A DNA stretch of 48,662 bases from a virus (lineage: Duplodnaviria; Caudoviricetes), in the IMG/VR virus record IMGVR_UViG_3300044724_004748, positions 1 to 48,662 of that record; one strand, written 5' to 3'. Below, in pieces: positions 36,032 through 44,992 of this stretch. The position numbers and the translations under genes were made by a program. The notes beneath the pieces were generated by a model. That model searched no databases. It was given only the letters and a program-made list of their open reading frames with translations, and had not been told where the DNA came from. The first letter of the stretch is position 1. Each line of letters opens with the position of its first letter.

Positions 36032-37125
36032 CTCGCACGCTTCACTAAGTTATTGATCGTTTTGATAAGACGAGTCGCCCCGATCCTTACATCAAATTTC
36101 TTGACCCGCTTCCAATTCAAATCTGAAATTTCTTGTCGATAATCAACGTCTTGGTACTTCTTTAAAAGCTTTACGAAATCCTTCGGGTCACGAGCAATCT
36201 CACCGATGCCGTGCTCTTCCGCTAGCTCTTCATACTGGGGTGACCAAGAAGCAACAAATGGAACGCCGCCGCAAGCATACTCCAGACCTTTGATGTAAGA
36301 CTTAGCATGGTTGAAAGGAATGTTTGTAAGCGGCACGATCCCTACATCAAAGAGGAACCCCTTCTCCAACTCATAAGGAGCTAAGAAGGGATGAGTCGTT
36401 ACACAACCCGCACTAACTTTAATTTCCTTATGGAACAAAGGAATGTTGGGAGCCTGCATATGTCCAGTGTGATGCCACGTAGCAAACTTGCTGATAGAAT
36501 CTGAATAAGGCTGAAGAATCTCCAAATCACCACTTCTATGAGCAGTAGACCCCATCCATCCTACAACCATCTTATCGCTACGTTTTTCGTGAATGCGGCG
36601 AGTGGTATACTTTGAACGATTCACATAGTTGCCATGCAGCATAGTATTCGGATTCCACTCCTTCATTTTTTGATGAAGAAATGGAGTAGACGTAATGATC
36701 CCGTCACACTGCTCCAAAATGTTCCTATACCACAAAACATTTTCGTTCTTATTTAACTCAGGATCTGAAGCCGACTTGGCTTGATTCTTATCACTAAGCC
36801 CCCAATACCAATCATCTACATCATTCAAAATGATCTGACCTGCAGCCTGCGCACGTTTCATATCAGGAAGCACCTGCATATGCATGTAACGCTGCATAAC
36901 AATCACATCACAATCAAACGAGTCAACACCATCCCACGAATGAACGCCGAACGTTCCGGTCAACTTGTTCTGTGCCAAGATGCCAATTACAACATTATAA
37001 CCAGCGTCACGCAAAGGCTTAATGTACTGACCAATGCGAATAAAGCCAGAACCGCCAATCACAGGATGCCCCATAACATCCGTAGCACTACGAGACCAGT
37101 CGTTCGTTGCAAACCCAATCTTCAT
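36028..37125 (-). CDS. GT-B fold glycosyltransferase (GT4-like)
   Basis: DVIVMQR, DVDDWYW, VGWMGSTAH..DL, DVGIVPL...FNHAKSYIKGLEY...GVPFVAS. Confidence 0.85.
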   Translation of the reverse strand: MKIGFATNDWSRSATDVMGHPVIGGSGFIRIGQYIKPLRDAGYNVVIGILAQNKLTGTFGVHSWDGVDSFDCDVIVMQRYMHMQVLPDMKRAQAAGQIILNDVDDWYWGLSDKNQAKSASDPELNKNENVLWYRNILEQCDGIITSTPFLHQKMKEWNPNTMLHGNYVNRSKYTTRRIHEKRSDKMVVGWMGSTAHRSGDLEILQPYSDSISKFATWHHTGHMQAPNIPLFHKEIKVSAGCVTTHPFLAPYELEKGFLFDVGIVPLTNIPFNHAKSYIKGLEYACGGVPFVASWSPQYEELAEEHGIGEIARDPKDFVKLLKKYQDVDYRQEISDLNWKRVKKFDVRIGATRLIKTINNLVKRAR

Positions 37126-37583
37126 TAGAAACCCCAAACCCCGTCTAACGCTTTATACAAGCAATCATCGCCTTCTGAATTAATCATATCGTTATCTATA
37201 TGCCACTGCTTGTGGGCTAAAATTGCATTTCGCAAAAACGTGGCAAGCGAAAGTTTAGGGTCGGCTTCTTCTCCGAGAGTAAGCAACCTGTCTACTTCGA
37301 CCAAGCGCTTTTCCGCATAAAACCGGAACCGTGCGGCTTTGTCACGCTGTTCTTCTAACCCAGCAGCAGGGTCGCTCGTGAAGGTAGTGTATGTTCCACG
37401 AAGACGAGCAATCTCTTCGTCCAAACTTGTAATCTTTGCTGTGACTGTCTCAACGATCGTAATTAAAGCGTCTCTCCACTTTAACTGATTTTCTGGCAGA
37501 CGAAGAAAGTCCTTATCCTGCTGAGAAGCATTGTTCTTAATATCTTCAGATACCAACATTGCAAAGTTATCGCTCTGCGACAT
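37125..37583 (-). CDS. Hypothetical protein
   Basis: 152-aa ORF coupled to neighbours. Confidence 0.6.
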   Translation of the reverse strand: MSQSDNFAMLVSEDIKNNASQQDKDFLRLPENQLKWRDALITIVETVTAKITSLDEEIARLRGTYTTFTSDPAAGLEEQRDKAARFRFYAEKRLVEVDRLLTLGEEADPKLSLATFLRNAILAHKQWHIDNDMINSEGDDCLYKALDGVWGF

Positions 37584-37586
37584 AAC

Positions 37587-38381
37587 TCAGCTACCTCCAA
37601 ATTCAGGACAGATATGCTGATAGTCACACCAGTTACAAAGAGGACCAGTCCGGGTTTCAAACTCGCCCGATTCGCACATGGACCTAACTTGATCCCATGT
37701 GTTACGAACCTCAACACGAACAGCGTTCTCAAGCTCTTCGTCTACATCGTAACGGGCAAACTGACCAGACTTGACGTAGAGTAACTCTGCACGCTTAACG
37801 TCCATACCTGTCATCTCTTTGAGAAGAATACTGTAGATCGTAATCTGCATCTTCTTCTCCCACTCGTACTGCTTACGAGGCTTCTTGCCTGTCTTGTAAT
37901 CTGAGATTACTAGCTTACCGTCCTCAATCGTGTAACGGTCAATGATGCCAAAGATAGGCACGCCGTCAATATCGCCGTCCATCTTGGCTTCAATACCTTC
38001 AGCGTCAAACTTCGTGGGGTCTTCCATACCGAAGTAGTTTTCGATACACCACCACGCCTTCCACTTGAAGTTGTTCGGATCATCGTCACGGTCGTCTAAA
38101 CCAAAGTACTCATCAGCCCACTTCGACTCCCACAAGCTTTTAGCAAGACTGCTCGCAGACTTTTCCGTCCGCTCTTCCGCAGGCAGCTTGAACAACTCTT
38201 CTAGCACTTCATGCACAAAAGAGCCAAGGACTTGAGGTTCTGTGGAGACACTCGGAAGCTTATCTAGCTTGGCGTACTTGTACTTTAAAGGACACTGCTG
38301 AAAAGTACTAATCGAACTTGGCGACATGTACTTCGGGAACTCGTAAGGTACCGGATCAATAGGTAGAGGACTCTGCATCAT
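37587..38381 (-). CDS. RecB-family PD-(D/E)XK exonuclease with Fe-S cysteines
   Basis: SPSSISTFQQCP, GSFVHEVLE, GIIDR...ISDYKTG, QITIY, CNWC...CP. Confidence 0.9.
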   Translation of the reverse strand: MMQSPLPIDPVPYEFPKYMSPSSISTFQQCPLKYKYAKLDKLPSVSTEPQVLGSFVHEVLEELFKLPAEERTEKSASSLAKSLWESKWADEYFGLDDRDDDPNNFKWKAWWCIENYFGMEDPTKFDAEGIEAKMDGDIDGVPIFGIIDRYTIEDGKLVISDYKTGKKPRKQYEWEKKMQITIYSILLKEMTGMDVKRAELLYVKSGQFARYDVDEELENAVRVEVRNTWDQVRSMCESGEFETRTGPLCNWCDYQHICPEFGGS

Positions 38382-39019
38382 TGTGCTTCAGCATTACGTA
38401 GGGACTTTACAAAAACCAAAATCTTCTGAAGAAGATCGTTCGTGACGTTCTCGTTGATAAACTCTTTACCTTCCGAGATAGAAGCCCAATACTCCTTGCA
38501 CTTTACAGCATGCTCCTGATCTAGAGAATTAAGAAGTTCTCGTAGCTTTGCAAAATGCTCTTCCGCTACAGGCTTATCAGACATCTCTTCAACGTATTCA
38601 AGATTCATTGCCTCTTCAGAACGGGCAAGATAAATGCCGACGCCGAGATGCTGCGCCGCCTTCTTGAGAGCGTCTGATACGGCACCCTTCATTTCGTCGC
38701 CCAGATCAACAATGTCTCCAGCCCGTGTGCGCTTAATCTTCTGACCACCAATGCCGTCCTTGACGACAGTAAGGGCAGGTGCGCTGTCTGTGGGAACAAA
38801 CGTGGCTGTCAGACGGACATGAGCCACAATATAGTCAGGGTCTAGTGAGTCTCTAGCGCAAGAGACAACCTCATACGACCACATGTCTACACCCAGTACC
38901 TTGTTTAGGCGTGTGATGACTTCACTAACCGGGATGTATGTTAGAGAAGCGCCGCCCTTCTTTAGCTGACGCTCAACCTCTCGCGGAAAAGGCTCTGACA
39001 ATGCTTGCAAAATACTCAC
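38378..39019 (-). CDS. Rad52/Rad22-family single-strand annealing protein (Sak-like)
   Basis: LTYI...VITRLNKVLG...W, KGAVSDALKKAAQHLGVGIYL. Confidence 0.88.
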   Translation of the reverse strand: MSILQALSEPFPREVERQLKKGGASLTYIPVSEVITRLNKVLGVDMWSYEVVSCARDSLDPDYIVAHVRLTATFVPTDSAPALTVVKDGIGGQKIKRTRAGDIVDLGDEMKGAVSDALKKAAQHLGVGIYLARSEEAMNLEYVEEMSDKPVAEEHFAKLRELLNSLDQEHAVKCKEYWASISEGKEFINENVTNDLLQKILVFVKSLRNAEAQ

Positions 39020-39534
39020 TTATCTCTCCTAATAACTAGACTCTTCTTCGGTTCTCCAACTTCACAGTAGTCATCTGCGTCAATGTGGAGATCTTTCAAG
39101 TTGCCGACCTTCCAATAAGAAACGCCCATGTACTCCATAGCGTGCTGAATCATTTCCTGCGACGACATGGTAATTTCGCCAGTCTCCATATCCACGCTCT
39201 TATCAACGATCCGGCGACTAACTTCGTTCATGAGCGCCTTATGATCCCACGTCTTGCGTGCAGAACCAGACTTAATTTCTACCGTGGCACCATCAACGGT
39301 CACGGGAGTTGGAAGACTGCCGATCTTCTCAGTCAACATAGACTGAAGTTCATTAAACAACTCAGTAGCGTACGACTTAATCAAATGGGCGTCGCTAGCA
39401 AGCTGCATCATCTCTTCAACAGACGCATAATCCAAGTTTGAGATACCGTCCATCTCTCGGATGTCGCTCTCAAAACTTCGCAGTGCTGTGAAAGCTTCCT
39501 GTAACGAATGCGTCGGATTTTCTAGTACAGACAT
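39016..39534 (-). CDS. Hypothetical protein of the recombination operon
   Basis: 172-aa ORF with a 4-nt overlap to the annealase gene. Confidence 0.65.
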   Translation of the reverse strand: MSVLENPTHSLQEAFTALRSFESDIREMDGISNLDYASVEEMMQLASDAHLIKSYATELFNELQSMLTEKIGSLPTPVTVDGATVEIKSGSARKTWDHKALMNEVSRRIVDKSVDMETGEITMSSQEMIQHAMEYMGVSYWKVGNLKDLHIDADDYCEVGEPKKSLVIRRDK

Positions 39535-39567
39535 TATGTTTCCTTAGTAAATAGTAACAAGCCTATT

Positions 39568-39960
39568 TTAGTCTTCTTCCAAGAGCTTGTCAATCAAAAT
39601 GTCAATGTTGGTGGTCTCTGTAGGGACATCTTCTGTAAGTATCAAAGCATCAATAATGTTTTCTAAGGCGTCAATCAATAACTCTTTGGAACGTTCACGA
39701 ACATACTCTTCTTGATCGACTTGAGCGGGTTCCAGCTCATCAAGCTCCCGAATAATGTCCGAAACAATTTTTGAATCAAACTCAGAATTTAAAAACTCGT
39801 CCGCAAGACCAATCAGCATGTAATCATCATCCCACAACAATACTTTGTAGTCTTTACCATCCAGAGTAACAGCTTTGCTCACGACAAACTGGATTCTGGT
39901 GCCGCTGCGTTCAAGCACAGCTAAAGTATCGTGGGAAATCGACTCATCATCAAGCATCAT
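39568..39960 (-). CDS. Acidic hypothetical protein
   Basis: Start at ATG 39960, overlapping the end of whiB. Confidence 0.6.
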   Translation of the reverse strand: MMLDDESISHDTLAVLERSGTRIQFVVSKAVTLDGKDYKVLLWDDDYMLIGLADEFLNSEFDSKIVSDIIRELDELEPAQVDQEEYVRERSKELLIDALENIIDALILTEDVPTETTNIDILIDKLLEED

Positions 39961-40183
39961 GCTCCACCAACCTTGCCAACTCCGGTCCTGTTTTACCTCC
40001 CCAAACACCGATGGTGATGCCCTCTGAAACGGCAAACTTCAAACATTCAGAACGATGACTGCATTCAGAATTACATACCTTGACAGCAAGACGCCGGTTC
40101 GATGGCTTCGTTGAGAAAAACAAACGATCTTGCCCAGAACACGGAGAATCTTTGAACCAAGACGGTGATTTAAGTGAAAACAT
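39950..40183 (-). CDS. whiB: WhiB-family Fe-S transcription factor
   Basis: W...PC...LFF...AVKVC..C..R.EC L.FA...GVWGG. AAAAGGAG RBS. Confidence 0.92.
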   Translation of the reverse strand: MFSLKSPSWFKDSPCSGQDRLFFSTKPSNRRLAVKVCNSECSHRSECLKFAVSEGITIGVWGGKTGPELARLVEHDA

Positions 40184-40254
40184 TCGACTCCTTTTCGATT
40201 AGTAACAAAAATATTATAAATCTTTCGTGTCAAGTAAACCAGAAGAAACGAGGC

Positions 40255-40283
40255 TTGACTGACAACAACCAGAACGGTAGGCT
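40255..40283 (+). promoter_or_regulatory. Sigma70-type promoter of the large ncRNA
   Basis: TTGACT-17-TAGGCT. Confidence 0.7.
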
Positions 40284-40289
40284 ACCTGC

Positions 40290-40712
40290 AAACTACAGAA
40301 GGAGCCAAACGCCGCAAGACTGACGCCGGGAAATCCCGATGACATAAACGTTCACTACAGGACCGGTGGGTTACACTCGTTACGCAACTGGTACTAACAC
40401 TTAAGAAAAAGAGGGCACGCCTGCCCAAAGAGGAACGATATGGATCACACGATAAACTGGAACCCCGTACCTGCTAGTACGCCAGTCCCTGCACGTAGAG
40501 CATCAAGCCTTGAGGAACAGGTTCGGAACAAGCAAACGCCCATGCGGTTCCGGCACACGGGCTACTAGAGCCATATCTAGGGAGAGTGGGCATCGCTGAA
40601 AAAATAGGCGGTGCTTGGGGTCGATGCAGTGAACAGACCTGAGAATGAAGATACGGGTTCGCCTATGCCGTTCGTGAGTAGCAGCAACTACCACACGAAA
40701 GGGAGGGACCCT
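40290..40712 (+). ncRNA. Putative large structured non-coding RNA (~420 nt), class unknown
   Basis: Has its own promoter, about ten local stems, and long-range pairs GTTCACT/AGTGAAC and ATAGGCG/CGCCTAT. The downstream gene has a separate promoter. Confidence 0.65.
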
Positions 40713-40713
40713 A

Positions 40714-40748
40714 TTGCCTAAATACAGACCCCAGGATACAATAAGACC
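40714..40748 (+). promoter_or_regulatory. Leaderless promoter of the methylase-deacetylase-GT2 operon
   Basis: TTGCCT-17-TACAAT-6nt-ATG(40749). Confidence 0.75.
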
Positions 40749-41243
40749 ATGCAGACTAAGCAAGAACTGGAAGACTGGTACGAAGACAGTGACCCCTGGA
40801 ACTACCGGCAAGACCCCGAAGACACGTACCGCAAGAACTTCTACATGGCCGTCCTAGAAGACGTAGGCCCGGTCTTTAGCCGAGCACTTGACATTGGAGC
40901 TGGAGAAGGCTGGATAACCAAAGACCTTCCTGCGATAGAAAAGCACGCTTTTGAAATCAGCGATGCTGCTGCCAAGCGTCTTCCTAACGGGGTAGAACGG
41001 GTAACAGAAATCGACAGTAAATACGATCTGGTTATTGCTACGGGCGTTCTTTACGAACAGTACAATCATGCGGCGATGGCCGACTTGATTCATGAAGCAG
41101 CATCCGAAACACATGAAACTTTGGTCATGATTGCCGGAATAAAAAGCTGGCTGAAACCTTACAACTTCGGCACACGCATCCGCCACTTTGAAATTCAGTA
41201 CCGTGAATACGTACACGTAATTGATATTTGGGAGTACCGATGA
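40749..41243 (+). CDS. NodS-like SAM-dependent methyltransferase
   Basis: DPWNY...YRK...FSRALDIGAGEG..T..L, YDLVIATGVLY. Confidence 0.75.
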   Translation: MQTKQELEDWYEDSDPWNYRQDPEDTYRKNFYMAVLEDVGPVFSRALDIGAGEGWITKDLPAIEKHAFEISDAAAKRLPNGVERVTEIDSKYDLVIATGVLYEQYNHAAMADLIHEAASETHETLVMIAGIKSWLKPYNFGTRIRHFEIQYREYVHVIDIWEYR

Positions 41244-41761
41244 GACTTGCACACAACATTGGAACAGAAAAGCACTCTAACTATCACACACGAGAGCAAA
41301 TCCTTGCGTGTGATGAACCGATTGGTTTCGACGGCGTGTACTTAAACGTTTTTGAAAACCAAGACGTTCTAGAAGGCAAGTCAGGGATCATGTTCGTCAT
41401 GGGAAACGAAATGGGGAAAGATAACACTTTCGACCTAGAACATGTACCAAAGCTAGAGAGGTACTGCACACTATCTCAAGTGAATCAGTTGTGCTCTTTG
41501 TACAACTTTGAAATTGGTTGGCATACGTGGTCGCATAGAGACTTGACGAAGCTTTCTGATCGAGATATCATCAAAGAAATTACCGCACCCTTTCCGACAA
41601 AGTACTTGAGGTATCCTTACGGCGAGTACGATGACAGAGTTGTGGCCCTAGTGAAAGCTGCAGGCTATGAGAAAGCGTATTCTGTGACGCAGGGTGTCCG
41701 TAACGAATTTGCCGAAGACGCTGACTATAAAATTTACAGCGACTATGTTCCATTCAATTAG
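41240..41761 (+). CDS. NodB-like polysaccharide deacetylase (CE4)
   Basis: GFDG (motif 1 variant), EIGWHTWSH, RYPYG. ATGA overlap with the methylase gene. Confidence 0.85.
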   Translation: MRLAHNIGTEKHSNYHTREQILACDEPIGFDGVYLNVFENQDVLEGKSGIMFVMGNEMGKDNTFDLEHVPKLERYCTLSQVNQLCSLYNFEIGWHTWSHRDLTKLSDRDIIKEITAPFPTKYLRYPYGEYDDRVVALVKAAGYEKAYSVTQGVRNEFAEDADYKIYSDYVPFN

Positions 41762-41772
41762 GATCTATTAAT

Positions 41773-42393
41773 ATGTTAACTGTAGTAATCGCATCATATC
41801 AGTATGGGCACTTAGCCGCTCATTGTATCGAAAGCATTCTGTCCCAGACAGTTCAGCCTGAAAAGATCCTATTTGTAGACGACGGCGTAGGTGACTGCAA
41901 GCACCTGCCTACCGTTTACCCTGAAGTCGAATACACCCTACGGGAGAAGAATCTCGGTACCGTAGACAACTTTCAAGACATGCTAATGAAAGTAGACACC
42001 GAATACACCATGTTCATCGGTGCAGACAATTGGCTACGCTCAGACGCAGTAGAGACACTACTGCAGCAAGATACAGATATTGTCACGTATCACATCATGG
42101 TGACTGGTGAACACAAGATGGGTCACAGAGACGCAAAGCTTCCAGACGTTATGAGACAAGGAGATGTCTACTGGCGATGGGAAGGACACCACGGGTCAAT
42201 GATGTATCGCACATCTATCGGCCAGGAAGCAGGTTACGTGACACACGAGCAGTTCGCTGTAGGCAACGCCGCATGTGAAGATTGGGCGCTATGGGACAGG
42301 ATGCTAGCCCTCGGGGCCACGGTGTCAAATGTGCCCGAACCGCTACTGTATTATCGCAGACACCGAGAAAACTTTATCGACTGCAAAATTTAA
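41773..42393 (+). CDS. GT2 (GT-A fold) glycosyltransferase
   Basis: TVVIASYQYG...CIESILSQT...VDDG, GADN, EDWALW, PLLYYRRH. Confidence 0.9.
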   Translation: MLTVVIASYQYGHLAAHCIESILSQTVQPEKILFVDDGVGDCKHLPTVYPEVEYTLREKNLGTVDNFQDMLMKVDTEYTMFIGADNWLRSDAVETLLQQDTDIVTYHIMVTGEHKMGHRDAKLPDVMRQGDVYWRWEGHHGSMMYRTSIGQEAGYVTHEQFAVGNAACEDWALWDRMLALGATVSNVPEPLLYYRRHRENFIDCKI

Positions 42394-43118
42394 CTGTCAG
42401 GCGTCTCTATGACAAACCCTCGGCGCACATCAGACAAATGACCATGCGCAGAGTACTTCTCTAAGTCTTCATGCAGGTTCGGCATAAACACACCACCTTC
42501 AGGAATATCCATGTCCTGCCAAATAGGCGTAATGCGTGTACCGATCGGAAGAGTTTCAAACGGGTCGTTACCGTGGCGTAAATGAATCTCGGTAATAAAC
42601 CCTTCCCGAGTTTTGATATTGATTCCATTTACCGGTAAATCGACAAGGTTTATGTAACGAGAACACCGATGAATATCAGGAACATCTGTTTCAGGGAGTC
42701 TTTCCCAATAGCTAAACCTAGTCAAGTTTTCATCGCTTGAATGAAAGCCTTCCCACGCAGAGACAGTATGCCAGTCACCCTGAGAATCCTTTTGAAAGTC
42801 AATAGAAAGGTGCGGCCCCTCTAGCCACTCACACCAAAAGCTACCGGGAGGGACCACAGCATTGTTCAGAAAGTCTTCTTCCATCTGCGAATGATAAACA
42901 AACTTTGATGCCCCGATGCCCATCCCAAAAAGATTGTATACAGGCCGGTGAATGTAAAACCCCTCATACCGTGGAGCACACCCAGCCGGTCCAGCTTCCA
43001 ACCCTTGACGCAAAGCGACTTCTAATTTATTGAACAACCAACGCACTTCCGGGTTATCCCTAAAACGTTCCCAAGTTGCAAAGTCCTCATCTTCTTCAAC
43101 CGACAGAAAATCAGTCAT
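42390..43118 (-). CDS. Conserved phage protein, probable ATP-grasp-like fold
   Basis: RPVYNLFGMG, FWCEWLEGPHLSIDF, EIHLR.GN motifs. The fold assignment is tentative. Confidence 0.5.
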   Translation of the reverse strand: MTDFLSVEEDEDFATWERFRDNPEVRWLFNKLEVALRQGLEAGPAGCAPRYEGFYIHRPVYNLFGMGIGASKFVYHSQMEEDFLNNAVVPPGSFWCEWLEGPHLSIDFQKDSQGDWHTVSAWEGFHSSDENLTRFSYWERLPETDVPDIHRCSRYINLVDLPVNGINIKTREGFITEIHLRHGNDPFETLPIGTRITPIWQDMDIPEGGVFMPNLHEDLEKYSAHGHLSDVRRGFVIETPDS

Positions 43119-43474
43119 TTCAAAATACTCCGCAACTGTTGAGCATCAATAAATATGGTCGCAGTACTACCCCTTAACTCAATCTGGTCTAAAGACACAT
43201 CAAAATGTGAAGCGATCGTGGCCTTTGCTTTCAACTCCGCCATAGGATCTTCAGGATCAAGTAAATCATAGACAAGTTCTGCGGGGGTAGTGACTACAGC
43301 AAGTGATTCCGAAGAAATACACTTCTTACAACAAACTTTGTCTTCACCGACCTTCGGCTTTCGTTTACTATCCAATTCATGAGAACACGACAGCACTAAG
43401 CGCCAATGAGTATCGCCATACTCACCGACACGAATCGCATCTTTAACAAGTCGCTTTGGGCCACGTTTCTCCAT
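43115..43474 (-). CDS. Hypothetical Cys/His (Zn-binding?) protein, leaderless
   Basis: LSCSH...CCKKC; TAGAAT-6nt-ATG. Confidence 0.6.
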   Translation of the reverse strand: MEKRGPKRLVKDAIRVGEYGDTHWRLVLSCSHELDSKRKPKVGEDKVCCKKCISSESLAVVTTPAELVYDLLDPEDPMAELKAKATIASHFDVSLDQIELRGSTATIFIDAQQLRSILK

Positions 43475-43495
43475 ACATTTATTCTACAAGCACAC

Positions 43496-43530
43496 TTGAC
43501 CTGCATCCACTAGACGCATACAATAGGAAC
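43496..43530 (+). promoter_or_regulatory. Leaderless promoter of recA
   Basis: TTGACC-17-TACAAT-6nt-ATG(43531). Confidence 0.75.
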
Positions 43531-44520
43531 ATGGTAGATAGAGAAAAGCTTTTAGAAGACGCCTTAGGGCAAATTGAAAAACAGTTCGGTGCTGGCACAG
43601 TCATGCGTCTAGGCGATGCCGCATCTATGGAAATCGAAACCGTCTCAACCGGCTCCATTGCCCTAGACCTTGCATTAGGCGCAGGCGGTCTGCCCAAGGG
43701 ACGAGTCACCGAAATTTTCGGTCCAGAGTCCTCAGGCAAGACCACTATTGCTCTGCATGTTATCGCAGAAGCTCAAAAGCTTGGAGGCAAGTGTGCTTTC
43801 ATTGACGCAGAGCACGCACTCGATCCCGTGTACGCTAAAGCTATTGGCTGCGACGTAGACAACCTCCTAGTGAGTCAGCCAGATACCGGCGAGCAGGCCC
43901 TTACAATTACTAACAAGCTCATTGAGTCGGGGGCACTAGATGTGGTTGTCGTTGACTCGGTTGCGGCACTTACTCCCCGAGCTGAAATTGAGGGAGAGAT
44001 GGGAGATAGTCACGTGGGTCTACACGCCCGCTTGATGTCGCAGGCCATGCGCAAGATTGTCGGAAACCTAAACCACTCAAACACCATCTTGATTATGATC
44101 AATCAGCTGCGTGAAAAGATTGGTGTCATGTTCGGGTCACCAGAAGTTACCACAGGCGGTAAGGCGCTGAAGTTTTATGCATCAGTACGTTTGGATATTC
44201 GCCGCATTGAAACTCTTAAAGACGGCGGCGAAGCGTCCGGAAACAAGACCCGAGTAAAGGTTGTCAAGAACAAGATCGCTCCCCCGTTCCGTCAGGCCGA
44301 ATTTGAAATCACCTACGGCGAAGGAATCAACCGTACCGGCGATATCGTTGACATTGCCACAGAGATGGGCATCATCGACAAGAAGGGCGCATGGTACGCA
44401 TACAAGGGCGAAAACATCGGTCAGGGCCGAGCCAACACCAAGATGTATCTTGATGAAAACCCCGATGTTAGAGAAACGATTGCAGACACAATCTACTCCG
44501 TGCTTCCAAATATTTCCTAG
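43531..44520 (+). CDS. recA: Bacterial-type recombinase RecA
   Basis: [56 protein letters not shown]. No intein. Confidence 0.97.
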   Translation: MVDREKLLEDALGQIEKQFGAGTVMRLGDAASMEIETVSTGSIALDLALGAGGLPKGRVTEIFGPESSGKTTIALHVIAEAQKLGGKCAFIDAEHALDPVYAKAIGCDVDNLLVSQPDTGEQALTITNKLIESGALDVVVVDSVAALTPRAEIEGEMGDSHVGLHARLMSQAMRKIVGNLNHSNTILIMINQLREKIGVMFGSPEVTTGGKALKFYASVRLDIRRIETLKDGGEASGNKTRVKVVKNKIAPPFRQAEFEITYGEGINRTGDIVDIATEMGIIDKKGAWYAYKGENIGQGRANTKMYLDENPDVRETIADTIYSVLPNIS

Positions 44521-44580
44521 ACAGGTTGGCGTTCACCTTCTTTCCTGATACACTACGTATTACGAAAAGGAGATAACTAG

Positions 44581-44901
44581 ATGCCTAAAGTCAAGAAAGC
44601 AAAAGTTCCGGTTCAGCCGCCAGAGGGATGGGTAATTGAAAATCATTTCACCATCTCTCCGCAGGTCACGCTGTACTCGGGTGACAAGTGCCGAGTGAAA
44701 GGCGAACGTGGAGTCTTCACGTTCAAGCGCCACGTCGTCAACACGAAGTTCAACCCGATCTCTGAATGGGTTGATGTGTACGGCGGTTCATATGGGCGTG
44801 AACAATACCGCTCGCTACCTGTGGAACGGATCAAGCACATTCCTAAGCGTCGGACAAAGAAGAAGTCCCCGGCCAAAAAGCCGGGGACCTCAACTCGTTA
44901 A
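44581..44901 (+). CDS. Conserved actinophage SH3-like hypothetical protein (DUF7246-like)
   Basis: GDKCRVKGERGVFTF.RHV.N....EWVDVYG...RS...RIK. Promoter TTGGCG-17-TACACT and AAAAGGAG RBS. Confidence 0.65.
   Translation: MPKVKKAKVPVQPPEGWVIENHFTISPQVTLYSGDKCRVKGERGVFTFKRHVVNTKFNPISEWVDVYGGSYGREQYRSLPVERIKHIPKRRTKKKSPAKKPGTSTR
44858..44888 (-). terminator. Intrinsic terminator for minus-strand transcripts, embedded in the 3' end of the plus-strand gene
   Basis: Perfect 9-bp stem GTCCCCGGC/GCCGGGGAC followed by TTCTTT on the minus strand. Confidence 0.7.
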
Positions 44902-44992
44902 GGATAAGTACAAAAGGAGCTAAAAACTTACCGCTCAACTTTATCTATATTAACACCTGCTAGATAGCTCCGTCAAGCGGTGCTGTCTACTT

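Noticed and set aside
37587-38381. Cas4 / CRISPR adaptation module
   Set aside because: No cas1, cas2 or array is present, and pairing with a Rad52-like annealase indicates a recombination exonuclease.
40440-40568. 42-aa ORF (MDHTINWNPV...) with a weak GAGG RBS inside the RNA
   Set aside because: It has no recognisable protein features and lies within dense pairing. Not called, but not excluded.
40290-40712. Group I intron, RNase P RNA or tmRNA identity for the large RNA
   Set aside because: CAGACC and AAGATA resemble group I R/S elements but are too close together and in the wrong order relative to P3/P8, and no gene is interrupted. GAGGAAAGUCC and a tRNA-like CCA end are absent.
8003-44520. 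Inteins or introns in nrdJ, terL and recA
   Set aside because: All three have normal length and contiguous motifs.
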